This document shows, piece after piece, positions 36,378 through 47,496 of a DNA stretch of 64,000 nucleotides. The notes beneath the pieces were generated by a model. That model was not told the origin of the DNA, made no database searches, and saw only the letters and a list, made by a program, of their open reading frames with translations. Both the position numbers and the translations under genes were made by a program. Numbering within the stretch: the stretch's first letter is position 1; every line of letters begins with the position of its first letter. Source of the stretch: Flavobacteriaceae bacterium (GTDB taxonomy: Bacteria; Bacteroidota; Bacteroidia; Flavobacteriales; Flavobacteriaceae); the NCBI GenBank assembly GCA_038143735.1, contig JAYQML010000002.1, forward strand, positions 224,992-288,991, read 5' to 3'.

Positions 36378-36427
36378 ATGTATTTGAAAAGGGGAGAGAT
36401 TAAATCTTCTTTTTCGCATTGAACACT

Positions 36428-36456
36428 AAACCGAAGCTTAACGCTTCGGTTTTTTT
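36428..36456 (+). terminator. Intrinsic terminator
   Basis: AAACCGAAGC-TTAAC-GCTTCGGTTT followed by T-run. Confidence 0.85.
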
Positions 36457-36598
36457 GTGGGCAAAATAACTTATAGCATTTTTTTGTTGTTTAGTTTGAA
36501 AGGGGTTGTTGCGTATTCGCTCCAAGAATCAGGGCAAATATGCCCTCTAATCCTACTCTCTTTCGTTGTATTTTTATTGTTATGATTAACCCAAGTCA

Positions 36599-36847
36599 AT
36601 GTATAACGCTAAAACATTTGGTGAACGCGTAAAATATATCCGCAATAGATTGAACGTAACCCAAAAAGAGCTTTCTGATCGAATTGATATGGATGATGGG
36701 TCTTTGCGTAGGATAGAAGCGGGTAGAACCAACCCCACCTTATCTACGATTTCATGCATTTCTTTGGGCTTGCGCATTCCAATTTACCTGTTTTTCATTC
36801 CAAGTGACAAGCTTATGGATTATTTTGATCAACCCTTAGATTTTTAG
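36599..36847 (+). CDS. Small XRE-family HTH protein
   Basis: FGERVKYIRNRLNVTQKELS...LRRIEAGRTNPTL. Confidence 0.85.
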   Translation: MYNAKTFGERVKYIRNRLNVTQKELSDRIDMDDGSLRRIEAGRTNPTLSTISCISLGLRIPIYLFFIPSDKLMDYFDQPLDF

Positions 36848-36918
36848 GGATGGGATTTGGTGAATTAGTTTGCATCAATTTTTATCCTAACCAAATAAAG
36901 GCTATATTTGCATCGTTA

Positions 36919-36975
36919 ATGAAAAAAGGCATCAAACATACACATCATTCCATCTTTCGATCAAACGAGAGCTAG
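36919..36975 (+). CDS. Histidine leader peptide MKKGIKHTHHSIFRSNES
   Basis: 18 codons with three clustered His codons; TATATTTG box at 36903; directly upstream of hisG. Confidence 0.8.
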   Translation: MKKGIKHTHHSIFRSNES

Positions 36976-37028
36976 GTATGTTGTATCCATATATCAGTAG
37001 CCCGTTTGATCTTCAAGCGGGTTTTTTT
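36961..37028 (+). promoter_or_regulatory. his operon transcription attenuator
   Basis: Terminator AGCCCGTTTGA-TCT-TCAAGCGGGT plus T-run (36999-37028); TCAAACG at 36961 can pair with CGTTTGA as antiterminator. Confidence 0.8.
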
Positions 37029-37050
37029 ATTTAAAAAAGGATTACTTAAA

Positions 37051-37903
37051 ATGATACGAATAGCGATTCAAAAATCAGGACGACTTAACACCGAATCTTT
37101 GGCTTTATTAAAAAGTTGTGGCATTTCTATCGACAATGGAAAAGACCAACTCAAAGCGGCCGCTAGAAATTTTCCTGTGGAAGTGTTTTTTCTTCGCAAT
37201 GGGGATATTCCACAATACCTACGTGATGGAGTAGTGGACTTGGCTATTTTGGGAAGCAATACCTTGACAGAAAAAGGGCAGGATCTAGCCATCATCGAAC
37301 ACCTTGGATTCTCAAAGTGCCGTGTTTCTGTTGCAGTCCCAAAAGGAAACGTTTTCAATGGTTTAGCAGATTTAGACGGGAAGAAAATTGCCACTTCTTA
37401 TCCCAATACAGTGAAGCAATTTTTAGCAAAAAATAAGCTCAATGCAGATCTACACGTTATCAACGGTTCGGTAGAAATTGCCCCAAATATTGGTTTGGCG
37501 GATGCCATTGTCGATATTGTTTCCAGTGGAAGTACGCTCTTTAAAAATAACCTTGTTGAAGTGGCTAAAATCCTTGAATCGGAAGCGGTTTTGGTACAAG
37601 GCCCCAACATTGGTCCAGAGCAACAGCAACTCATCGAAACCATACAGTATCCTAATCAAGCCATTTTACGTGCTAAACGCTCGCGTTATATCTTACTCAA
37701 TGCCCCTAATGATGCCATAGCGAAAATTTCGGCTATCCTCCCCGTCTTAAAGAGTCCTACGGTTCTGCCCTTGGCTAAAGAAGGTTGGAGTTCCTTACAT
37801 TCAGTCATTAATGCCGGAGACTTTTGGGAGGTTATTGATCAATTGAAAAGCCGCTGGCGCAGAAGATATTTTGGTTTGTCCAATCGAAAAAATGGTTTTG
37901 TAA
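37051..37903 (+). CDS. hisG: ATP phosphoribosyltransferase, frameshifted near 37850
   Basis: IAIQKSGRL, IATSYP, GSVEIAP, DAIVDIVSSGSTL; true C-terminus ...ILVCPIEKMVL stop at 37903. Confidence 0.92.
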
Positions 37904-39194
37904 TGCAACAATATATCCAACCTGCAAAAGAAACATGGGAGACGCTATTGGCTCGCCCCACTGCCTCTTATACTGACCTAGAGCCGTTGGTAGAACGTGT
38001 TTTTACTACTGTAAAAGAAAAAGGAGATGAGGCGCTTTTGGCCTATACAGCTGAGTTTGATCAAGTGAAATTGGACAATCTGATGGTTACACCTACTGAG
38101 CTTGAGGGGGCGGAATCGCGTTTAGTACAGAATTAAAAAAGGCCATTCAATTGGCGAAAGATAACATAGAAAGATTCCACCTTGCACAGAAAACACCAAA
38201 AGTTTCAGTAGAAACACAAGCTGGAGTAGCTTGTTGGCAAGAAAAACGCCCCATTCAAAAAGTGGGTTTATATATCCCTGGTGGTTCTGCCCCGTTGTTT
38301 TCTACCATACTAATGCTGGCCATTCCTGCACAAATTGCAGGTTGCTCCGAAATTGTGTTATGCTCACCACCCAATAAATCGGGGAATTTACCTGACGAGG
38401 TATTGTATACGGCAGCCTTGTGTGGAATAACTAAAGTATTCACAGTAGGGGGGATTCAGGCCATCGCAGCCATGACCTTTGGTACAGCAACTATACCTAA
38501 TGTATATAAGCTATTTGGCCCAGGAAATCAATACGTAACGGTTGCCAAGCAATGGGCTACGCGCTACAATGTAGCTATCGACATGCCTGCTGGTCCAAGT
38601 GAATTATTGGTAGTAGCCGATGCTTCGGCCCATGCTGCCTATATCGCTGCAGATTTACTTTCACAAGCCGAACACGGTCCAGACAGTCAAGTGATCTTAG
38701 TGACCACTGAAGCAGCTATATTACCAGCGGTGCAGGCTGAAATAAAGCGACAATTGAACGATTTACCCCGTAAAGCGATTGCGGAAAAGGCCATTGCCAA
38801 CTCAAAAATGATCGCTTTCGAAACCGATGAAGAGGCCATTGATTTCATCAATCAATACGGCCCAGAGCATTACATCATCTGCATGGAAAATGAAGGGGAT
38901 TACATCAATGCCATTGAAAATGCAGGCTCGGTCTTTGTAGGGAACTACACCCCAGAAAGTGCTGGGGATTACGCTTCAGGAACCAATCACACCCTACCCA
39001 CCAACGGCTATGCCAAACAATACAGCGGTGTAAACCTCGATAGTTTCTTAAAGCAAATGACTTTTCAAAAGTTAACGGTGGAAGGAATACAGCGCATAGG
39101 CCCAGCCATCGAAGCCATGGCCGAGGCCGAGGGTCTACAGGCGCACAAAAATGCCGTAACTTTACGCTTAAATGACCTCAAATATGAACAGTAA
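37903..39194 (+). CDS. hisD: Histidinol dehydrogenase, frameshifted near 38120
   Basis: GLYIPGG, GPGNQYV, DMPAGPSE, DLLSQAEH, GDYASGTNHTLPT. Confidence 0.93.
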
Positions 39195-40236
39195 AGAACG
39201 TATCCTTCAATGGGCGCGACCAGCGATTGTCGCTTTAAAGCCCTATCAATCGGCACGGCAAGAATTTGTCAATGATGGACGCGAAATGATTCTCCTCGAC
39301 GCCAACGAAAATCCCTTTAATTCGGAAGTGAACCGCTATCCAGACCCACTTCAAGGGAAATTGAAAAAGCGCTTGGCAGAAGCCAAAGGCCTTGAAAGCA
39401 ATCAAATTTACTTGGGGAATGGTAGCGATGAAGTGCTCAACCAACTGATGATTGCCTTTTGCCAGCCAGGAAAAGACAAAGCCCTGATACTGCCGCCCAC
39501 CTTTGGGATGTATCAAGTATGCGCTGATATCAATGGGGTAGAGACCATCGCTGTTCCTTTGACCAAAGATTTTCAATTGGATATCGAGGAAATTTTAAAG
39601 GCTCAAGACAAGCGCAGCAAAATGATTTTTATTCCCAGTCCGAATAACCCCACGGGAAATTGTTTCGACCGGGACGATATTATCGCGATTTTAGAGGGTT
39701 TTAATGGCTTGGTTGTCCTCGATGAAGCCTATGTCGAATTCGCTGCAGAATTTAGCTGTATCGACCTGCTAGCGCAATACGATAATCTCTTGGTGGTGCA
39801 AACCTTTTCAAAAGCGCAAGGAATGGCCGGTGTTCGTTTAGGCATGTGCTTTGCCCATCCTGAAATCATTGCTTTAATGAATAAAGTAAAAGCACCCTAC
39901 AACCTCAATGTTTTGACCCAAGATGCAGTCTCAAGACGCTTGGAAGAGCAAGGGATCGTGCAGCAGCAAGTACAACAAATTTTGATCGAAAAACAGCGCT
40001 TAATCGATGAGCTAGCCTCCATTTCCTTCATTAAAACCATCTATCCTTCTCATGCTAATTTCTTTTTGGCTAAAGTAGATAACAGTAGCAAACGATATAA
40101 AGAATTAATCGAAAGAGGAATTGTAGTAAGGAACCCCTCTAAGAACCACAACTGTGCCAATACCTTACGGATAACGGTGGGTACTATGGAAGAAAATAAC
40201 GCATTAATCAGTGCTTTACGCACCATGGACAATTAA
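39184..40236 (+). CDS. hisC: Histidinol-phosphate aminotransferase
   Basis: LDANENP, GNGSDE, PNNPTG, DEAY, TFSKAQGMAGVRLG. Confidence 0.94.
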   Translation: MNSKERILQWARPAIVALKPYQSARQEFVNDGREMILLDANENPFNSEVNRYPDPLQGKLKKRLAEAKGLESNQIYLGNGSDEVLNQLMIAFCQPGKDKALILPPTFGMYQVCADINGVETIAVPLTKDFQLDIEEILKAQDKRSKMIFIPSPNNPTGNCFDRDDIIAILEGFNGLVVLDEAYVEFAAEFSCIDLLAQYDNLLVVQTFSKAQGMAGVRLGMCFAHPEIIALMNKVKAPYNLNVLTQDAVSRRLEEQGIVQQQVQQILIEKQRLIDELASISFIKTIYPSHANFFLAKVDNSSKRYKELIERGIVVRNPSKNHNCANTLRITVGTMEENNALISALRTMDN

Positions 40237-41361
40237 ATGAAAAAAGTACTCTTTATCGACCGCGATGGAACATTGGCCCTAGAGCCCGAAGACTATCAGC
40301 TGGATGCGCTAGACAAATTGGCATTTTATCCTGGCGTTTTTACCTATTTGGGGAAGATTGCCAGAGAACTAGACTATGCCTTGGTCATGGTGACCAATCA
40401 AGATGGTTTAGGTACCGACAGTTTCCCAGAGGCAGACTTTTGGCCTACCCACAATTTTCTCCTCAAAGCCTTTGAAAATGAAGGGATTGTTTTCGATGAA
40501 ATTCTAATCGACAAAAGCTTTCCCGCGGACAATGCACCCACACGTAAACCACGTACAGGATTATTGACCCATTACCTAACAGAAGCATATGATTTAGCGA
40601 ACTCTTTTGTCATCGGTGATCGCTTAACCGATATGGAATTGGCCAAAAACCTAGGCGCAAAAGGCATTTTTATTGCCAATGATGAAGGTCTGGGAGCCGA
40701 AGAAACAAAAGCTAATGCAAAGGAGGTAATCGCCCACAAAACAACAGCTTGGGAAAGCATTTACCACTTCTTAAAATTAAATGCGCGCAAAGTGGTCAAG
40801 TCGCGCAAGACACATGAAACCGATATTCAATTAAGCTTAAACCTCGATGGGACGGGCCAAAGTAATATCGCTACGGGGATTGCATTTTTCGATCATATGC
40901 TCGATCAATTGGCTCGCCACGGCGGTATGGACTTATCGCTTGAAGTTAAAGGCGATTTAGAAGTCGATGAACACCACACCATAGAAGACACCGCCATCGT
41001 GCTTGGCGAAGCTTTCGCAGACGCTTTGGGCGACAAATTGGGCATTGAACGTTATGGCTTTTGTTTGCCTATGGACGACTGCTTAGCGCAAGTAGCCATT
41101 GACTTTGGCGGCCGTAATTGGTTGGTTTGGGAAACCGATTTCAAACGCGAGATGATTGGTCAAATGCCCACCGAGATGTTTATGCATTTTTTCAAGTCAT
41201 TTTCCGACGGTGCCAAAGCCAATTTGAATATTAAGGCGGAAGGGACCAACGAGCACCACAAAATTGAAGCGATTTTTAAAGCTTTTGCCAAAGCCATTAA
41301 AGTGGCGGTAAAGCGTGATCCAGATAAAATGATTTTACCCAGCACCAAAGGAAGTCTATAA
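40237..41361 (+). CDS. hisB: Bifunctional histidinol-phosphatase / IGP dehydratase
   Basis: [16 protein letters not shown] (HAD domain); [21 protein letters not shown]. Confidence 0.95.
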   Translation: MKKVLFIDRDGTLALEPEDYQLDALDKLAFYPGVFTYLGKIARELDYALVMVTNQDGLGTDSFPEADFWPTHNFLLKAFENEGIVFDEILIDKSFPADNAPTRKPRTGLLTHYLTEAYDLANSFVIGDRLTDMELAKNLGAKGIFIANDEGLGAEETKANAKEVIAHKTTAWESIYHFLKLNARKVVKSRKTHETDIQLSLNLDGTGQSNIATGIAFFDHMLDQLARHGGMDLSLEVKGDLEVDEHHTIEDTAIVLGEAFADALGDKLGIERYGFCLPMDDCLAQVAIDFGGRNWLVWETDFKREMIGQMPTEMFMHFFKSFSDGAKANLNIKAEGTNEHHKIEAIFKAFAKAIKVAVKRDPDKMILPSTKGSL

Positions 41362-41945
41362 ATGAAAGTAGCTATTGTAGATTACGGCGCAGGAAACATT
41401 CAAAGTTTGCGTTTTGCCTTAGACCGTTTAGGCGTGGAAAGTACACTTACAGCAACCCCTGAGGTGTTACGCACGGCGGATAAAGTTATTTTCCCCGGGG
41501 TGGGAGAGGCCAGTTCTGCGATGGAGAAACTGCGTGCGACAGGCTTAGATACCTTATTGCCCAACTTAAAACAACCCGTTTTAGGGATTTGTTTGGGCAT
41601 GCAACTCATGTGTAACTCAACAGCGGAAGGAAACACCCAAGGCTTGGGTATTTTTGACTGTGAGGTGCAGCGTTTTCCGACAAAGGTTAAAGTGCCGCAA
41701 ATGGGTTGGAATACCTTAAGCAATACCAAAGGTGCGCTGTTCCAAAACATAGCAGCAAACGAATACATGTATTTGGTGCACAGCTATTATGCCCCACTAA
41801 TCGAAGAAACCATAGCCGCAACAACCTATGGAGAAACCTATAGCAGTGCGCTTCAAAAAAGACAATTTTTATGGGGTGCAGTTTCATCCCGGAGAAAAGC
41901 AGCAAGGCAGGAAGTCAGCTGCTGTCCAATTTTTTAGCTTTATGA
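41362..41945 (+). CDS. hisH: IGP synthase glutaminase subunit, frameshifted near 41860-41890
   Basis: VDYGAGN, PGVG, GICLGMQ, VHSY; GVQFHP in shifted frame. Confidence 0.9.
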
Positions 41946-42676
41946 GAATTATTCCAGCCATAGATATTATCGACGGGAAATGTGTGCGTCTTTCCAAAGG
42001 CGATTACAGCACACAAAAAACCTACAATGAACATCCGCTTGAAGTGGCAAAAGCCTTTGAAGACCATGGCATTGAGTACTTGCATTTGGTCGATTTAGAC
42101 GGAGCAAAATCCAAGCATATTGTCAACCATAAGGTGTTGGAAACCATCGCAACGAAAACAAGCCTTAAAATCGACTTTGGGGGTGGTTTAAAGTCCGATG
42201 AAGACCTAAACATTGCGTTTAACAGTGGAGCAAATCAAATTACGGGCGGTAGTATCGCAGTGAAAGATCCTGAAACTTTCACCCGATGGATAAACACTTA
42301 TGGCGCAAACAAGATCATTCTGGGCGCCGATGTCAAAGGAGAATACATCGCTACAGATGGTTGGTTGGAAACCTCTGACCAATCGTTATTCGATTTTCTT
42401 GCGCATTATGAAGCCCTTGGGATACGTTCAACCATATGCACTGATATCAGCAAAGATGGTATGTTAGCCGGCCCCTCTTTTGCATTGTATGAAAAGATCA
42501 TCGCCCAATCCAACATTAAACTGATTGCCTCTGGAGGAATTTCAACTTTTTCCGAATTGCCCAAACTGGCGGCCATGGACTGCGAAGGTACCATCATTGG
42601 AAAAGCCATTTATGAGAATCGAATTTCGCTCAAGGAACTAGAAGATTTCATTCTTAACCCATCTAAATTCAAATAG
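41942..42676 (+). CDS. hisA: ProFAR isomerase
   Basis: [34 protein letters not shown]. Confidence 0.93.
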   Translation: MRIIPAIDIIDGKCVRLSKGDYSTQKTYNEHPLEVAKAFEDHGIEYLHLVDLDGAKSKHIVNHKVLETIATKTSLKIDFGGGLKSDEDLNIAFNSGANQITGGSIAVKDPETFTRWINTYGANKIILGADVKGEYIATDGWLETSDQSLFDFLAHYEALGIRSTICTDISKDGMLAGPSFALYEKIIAQSNIKLIASGGISTFSELPKLAAMDCEGTIIGKAIYENRISLKELEDFILNPSKFK

Positions 42677-42677
42677 C

Positions 42678-43433
42678 ATGTTAACCAAACGTATCATCCC
42701 TTGTTTAGATATAAAAGACGGCCGCACCGTTAAAGGGGTGAATTTTGTCAACCTACGCGATGCAGGAGACCCTGTGGAATTGGCGGCCCAGTACGCCCAA
42801 GAGAATGCTGATGAGTTGGTTTTTCTCGATATCTCTGCGACCGAACAAAAGCGCAAAACTTTGGCAGCACTCGTCTTAAAGGTAGCTGAAGCCATTGATA
42901 TTCCCTTTACCGTTGGCGGAGGTATAGCCTCCGTAGAAGATGTGGATATCTTGCTAAAGAATGGTGCCGACAAAGTGTCCATCAACTCGGCTGCTGTTAA
43001 ACGACCTGAATTAATCAACGAATTGGCGACGCAATTTGGGAGTCAATGTGTGGTGGTGGCTATCGATGCGAAACAAGTCGACGGGGAATGGTTGGTGCAC
43101 TTGGTAGGGGGGAAAGTTCCTACCGAAATTAAGCTTTTCGACTGGGCCAAAGAAGTGGAACAACGTGGCGCTGGAGAAATTCTCTTTACCTCCATGGATC
43201 ACGACGGAACAAAAGCAGGCTTTGCCAACCATGCCTTAGCACGACTTTCCCAAGAAGTCAACATCCCCATCATCGCTTCTGGAGGAGCAGGGAAGGTGGA
43301 ACACTTTATCGATACGTTTACCAAAGGCAAGGCCGACGCTGCCCTAGCCGCCAGTATATTTCACTTTGGGGAAATTAGTATCCCCGATTTAAAACAACAA
43401 CTCAAACAACAGCAGATAGCTGTAAGATTATAA
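42678..43433 (+). CDS. hisF: IGP synthase cyclase subunit
   Basis: [34 protein letters not shown]. Confidence 0.96.
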   Translation: MLTKRIIPCLDIKDGRTVKGVNFVNLRDAGDPVELAAQYAQENADELVFLDISATEQKRKTLAALVLKVAEAIDIPFTVGGGIASVEDVDILLKNGADKVSINSAAVKRPELINELATQFGSQCVVVAIDAKQVDGEWLVHLVGGKVPTEIKLFDWAKEVEQRGAGEILFTSMDHDGTKAGFANHALARLSQEVNIPIIASGGAGKVEHFIDTFTKGKADAALAASIFHFGEISIPDLKQQLKQQQIAVRL

Positions 43434-43437
43434 ACCT

Positions 43438-44035
43438 ATGGAACTCAATTTTTCAAAATCTCCCGACGGACTATTACCCGCTATCATACAAGACGCCACC
43501 ACAAAAACCGTTTTGATGTTGGGCTATATGAATGAAGAAGCCCTACAGCACACCCAAAAAAGTGGAAAGGTGACCTTTTTTTAGCCGTTCAAAGCAACGT
43601 TTGTGGACCAAAGGGGAGGAGAGTGGTCATTATTTACAACTTATCGATTTAAAAGTCGATTGCGACCAAGATACCCTATTGGTGCAAGCTGTACCACAAG
43701 GACCCACTTGCCACAAAGGCACGGACACTTGCTGGGGTGAAGAAAACATAGCGCGTTATGGCTTTCTTACAGCATTGGAAGATACCATCGCTCAGCGAAA
43801 AGCTGCTGACGAGGACGATAGTTATGTTGCTTCCCTCTTTCGAAAAGGCATCAATAAAATTGCTCAAAAAGTAGGAGAGGAAGCCGTGGAAACCGTGATC
43901 GAAGCCAAAGATAATGATGAAGCGCTTTTCTTGAATGAGAGCGCCGATTTACTCTTCCACTACCTCATTTTATTGCAAGCCAAAGGATATCAGTTGAGTG
44001 ATATTGTACGAACACTAGAGGAACGGAAGCGTTAA
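43438..44035 (+). CDS. hisIE: Bifunctional PRA-CH/PRA-PH, frameshifted near 43580
   Basis: DGLLPAIIQD, LWTKGEESG, DCDQD, PTCHKG, KVGEEAVE, ADLLFH. Confidence 0.92.
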
Positions 44036-44087
44036 ATTTGCCAAAAGGTGTTGTTTTTCTTTGTAGTTTTAAGCAAACATAAACAAC

Positions 44088-45847
44088 ATGAAAAAACTCC
44101 TTTTCCTCCATTTAGTACTTGCTTTTACTGCTTGTTCAACGGCGCCTAAAACAACCGCTGCTGACTTTGACGCTTTCCTAGAAGAAGCTTATCAGGCCAA
44201 TTTGGCCTTGTATCGTTTACCTTCCACTTATTTAGGAGAAAGCCGTTATAACGACACCTTACCCAATTATTTGTCGGAAGAATTTGCTGCAAAAGAAGTA
44301 GCGCACTACACCCACTATAAAAATAAACTGGCCACTTTTTCCGACGAAATCCTCTCAGAAGATCAACGCTTAAGCAAAGCCCTTATGGCATGGGAGATCG
44401 ATATTGCTTTGGCCGAAAAAGAGTATTTAAAAGACCTGATGCCCATCGACCAAATGTGGTCCTTTCATTTGAGTTTTGGGCAATTGGCTAGTGGACAGGG
44501 TGCGCAACCGTTTAACACCGTTGCAAGATTACCGCAATTGGTTGGTGCGTGTTGAAGGGTATTTGGCCTGGATGCAGTCGGCTGAAGATAAAATGCGTCA
44601 AGGCATGGAAAAAGGCTGGGTACTCCCACTGCGCTTATCGAGAAGGTATTGCCACAGTTAGCGCAAATGATTACCGACACCCCAGAAGCGCATTTGTTCT
44701 ATGCTCCCATTAAGCAACTCCCGGCGGAATTCAGCGAAGAGGAGAAAGCCAGACTCACTACAGCCTATACCGCATTGATTCAAGATAAAATCGTTCCTGC
44801 CTATCAACAGTTGCACGACTTTATGGCCAAGGACTATAAAGCAGCGGGTAGAAGCAGTAGCGGTTATGACGCCTTGGAAGGCGGCGATGCCTATTATCAG
44901 CATGCCATCAAGCGTTATACAACCACCAATATGACCCCCGAGGAAATCCACCAATTGGGCTTAGACGAAGTGGCCCGCATACGTACCGCCATGGAGGAAG
45001 TGAAGACCACCGTTGGGTTTTGAAGGTGATTTAATGGCTTTTTCGATCATGTGCGCACCCATGCACCGCTGATGCCTTTTGACGAGCCACAACAGGTAAT
45101 TGATAACTTTAACGCCATCCACCAAAAGGTGATTCCCAAAGTAAATGAGCTTTTTTCACTTCAACCTAAAACCCCTTTTGAAGTACGAAGAACCGAAGCT
45201 TTTAGAGAAGCTTCAGCCAGTGCAGAATATAATTCAGGCTCCATGGACGGGAGTCGCCCAGGGATTTTCTATGTCCCCATTCGCAACGTAAAGACCTACA
45301 ACACGCACCAAGACGAAGATTTGTTCTTGCATGAAGCCATTCCAGGACACCACTTTCAGATTTCTTTACAGCAAGAAAACACGTCACTCCTTCCTTTAGA
45401 AAAAATCTTTGGTACAGTGCCTATGGCGAAGGCTGGGCCTTATACACCGAATCGCTAGGGAAGGAGTTAGGGCTGTATGAAGACCCCTATCAGTACTTTG
45501 GTATGCTTGCAGCAGAAATGCACCGCGCCATTCGTTTGGTGGTTGATACCGGCTTGCATGCCAAAGGCTGGACCCGCGAACAAGCCATTCAATATTCCTT
45601 GGAAAACGAATCGGAGTCGGAGGTAAAGATCACTTCGGAAATTGAACGTTATATGGCGAATCCCGGGCAGGCGCTTTCCTACAAGATTGGACAGCTCAAA
45701 ATCCGCGAGCTTCGCCAAGAAGCCGAAAATCGCTTGGGGGAACAATTTGATATTCGCGCCTTTCATCGTATCGTGTTAGAGTCGGGTAGTATGCCCTTGG
45801 CGCTTTTAGAGGATAAAGTCAACCGCTGGATGAACAGCATCAAATAA
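44088..45847 (+). CDS. DUF885-family lipoprotein, several frameshifts
   Basis: LAFTAC lipobox; HEAIPGHHFQ, RAIRLVVDTGLH, PGQALSYKIG. Confidence 0.85.
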
Positions 45848-45854
45848 TTAGCCC

Positions 45855-46529
45855 ATGACACCTCCATTAAACCCCGATATTTTAAGCTTTTTCGCTGAAT
45901 TAGCAACCAACAACAACCGCGAGTGGTTTGCCCCGCAAAAGAAGCGTTTTAAAGCCTTGGAAGCCGAAATGAAGCAATTCTCTGCCGACTTGGTGGAAGC
46001 CATGAACGAACACGACAGTATCGACCGATACAAGCTCTTTCGTTTGTACCGCGACGTGCGCTTTTCCAAAGATAAAACCCCCTTTAAAACCCATTTCGGG
46101 ATATCCTTTCACCGCGAGAAACCAGCGTTGCGGGGCGGTTATTACCTCCACCTAAAACCCGGCGATAATTTTATTGCCACCGGCTTTTGGAATCCCGACA
46201 AAGACGACCTAAAACGCATCCGCAAAGAAATGGAAATCGACGCTGAGGAATTCCGTGATATCATGACGGAACCCAACTTTAAAAAGGTTTGGGGAAGCCT
46301 TGAAGGGGAAGAAGTAAAGACAGCGCCCAAAGGCTTTTCGAAAGAAGATCCCAATATTGATTTGATTAAAAAGAAAGCCTATCTCTTTACCAAGCGCTAC
46401 AGCGATAAGGAAGTGCTGTCCAAGAACTTCCTTCAGCAAGTCAATGCCGATTTTCAAGCTGTTCGTCCGTTTTTCGACTATATGAGCAGTGTTTTAACCA
46501 CCGATTTAAACGGGGTTTCTTTGCTCTAA
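45855..46529 (+). CDS. DUF2461 (TIGR02453) family protein
   Basis: NNNREWF, RLYRDVRFSKDKTPFK, VKTAPKGF. Confidence 0.88.
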   Translation: MTPPLNPDILSFFAELATNNNREWFAPQKKRFKALEAEMKQFSADLVEAMNEHDSIDRYKLFRLYRDVRFSKDKTPFKTHFGISFHREKPALRGGYYLHLKPGDNFIATGFWNPDKDDLKRIRKEMEIDAEEFRDIMTEPNFKKVWGSLEGEEVKTAPKGFSKEDPNIDLIKKKAYLFTKRYSDKEVLSKNFLQQVNADFQAVRPFFDYMSSVLTTDLNGVSLL

Positions 46530-46531
46530 AC

Positions 46532-46953
46532 TTAGCCGACCTTGGAAATTTTACTTGGCGGGGCTTCAAACAGCTGTACCTGGTCTTTTAACCGTTCAAT
46601 GACCATGTTCATCATACGTTTGTTTAGGGAGGAAGAATTCAGCGCATAGAGAGTGTATTCTTCCACCGTAAAATGCCCGATGATCAACCCCTTGATGGAA
46701 TTGCGAAACTTTTGGTCTTTGATTAAGCTGCTTTCGATATAGGCTAACTTTTTTTCTAAGCCTAAATCGTAAAACACCCCTTGCGCTTTTCGATGTAGTT
46801 GTGGAAAACAGCAATAAACAACGGGTTTTGTAATTTTAAGATAGGGCGGAGGGTTTCATTCTGAAAACGCTCTTCTGGACGCATGGTGGAAAACTGTTGG
46901 GTTTTCTTGATTTCGGGTCGAATACGGATTAAATCATTGGGTCGATCGTTCAT
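46532..46953 (-). CDS. Conserved hypothetical protein, frameshifted near 46780
   Basis: EERFQNETLRPILKLQN...KDQKFRNSIKGLIIGHFT...LNKRMMNM across two ORFs. Confidence 0.7.
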
Positions 46954-47080
46954 GGCTAGTGCTTTTAGATAAAGTTAGGGCTTTCTAAACCCGTTTTACC
47001 CTATCAATAGGGAGATTGTTCACAGGGTTTTTAACAAAATTGTGTATATTGAAAGTCCTGAATCTTAAATTTTGCCCCTT

Positions 47081-47395
47081 ATGTCGACCTACTTTCTCCA
47101 TTGTTACATTGCTGGATTACAATACTACGAAGTCCTAGAAGTTTGGAAAAAACTCGAAATAGGACAGTTGTTAGACCTATTGCCTGAACCCGATAATCGC
47201 TATGACGAAAACGCAGTTGTCGTTGCTTATAAAGGGAAAAAGCTAGGCTATCTCCCCAGAAGTCAAAACAAAGTCGTTTCGCAAATACTTCGTGCCGGGC
47301 ACGATGCCTATGAAGCCCGTATCCAAAGCCTGTACAGCCAAAATCCCATGTATGAACGGATTGAGATTTGTTTGAGGGTGAAGAGAGTAAAATAA
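47081..47395 (+). CDS. Stand-alone HIRAN domain protein
   Basis: IAGLQYY, LLPEPDNRYDENAVVV, KLGYLPRSQN. Confidence 0.88.
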   Translation: MSTYFLHCYIAGLQYYEVLEVWKKLEIGQLLDLLPEPDNRYDENAVVVAYKGKKLGYLPRSQNKVVSQILRAGHDAYEARIQSLYSQNPMYERIEICLRVKRVK

Positions 47396-47477
47396 AAAAA
47401 AAAGACCACGGGTTAGTCGCAGTCTTTAAGAAATAATTCTACGGCTAGTATAGCCTTGTTGTAATTAGAGTTTCAAA
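47395..47477 (-). ncRNA. tracrRNA
   Basis: Anti-repeat TTTGAAACTCTAATTACAAC (47477-47458), nexus-like AAGGCTATACTAGCCGT, terminator AAGACTGCG..CGTGGTCTT plus long T-run; TATATTTG box at 47487-47480. Confidence 0.88.
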
Positions 47478-47496
47478 TTCAAATATACATAAAAAA

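Noticed and set aside
37006-38136. Apparent HisG-HisD fusion ORF
   Set aside because: It is produced by an extra base near 37850. The normal hisG C-terminus and stop (37903) are present in another frame.
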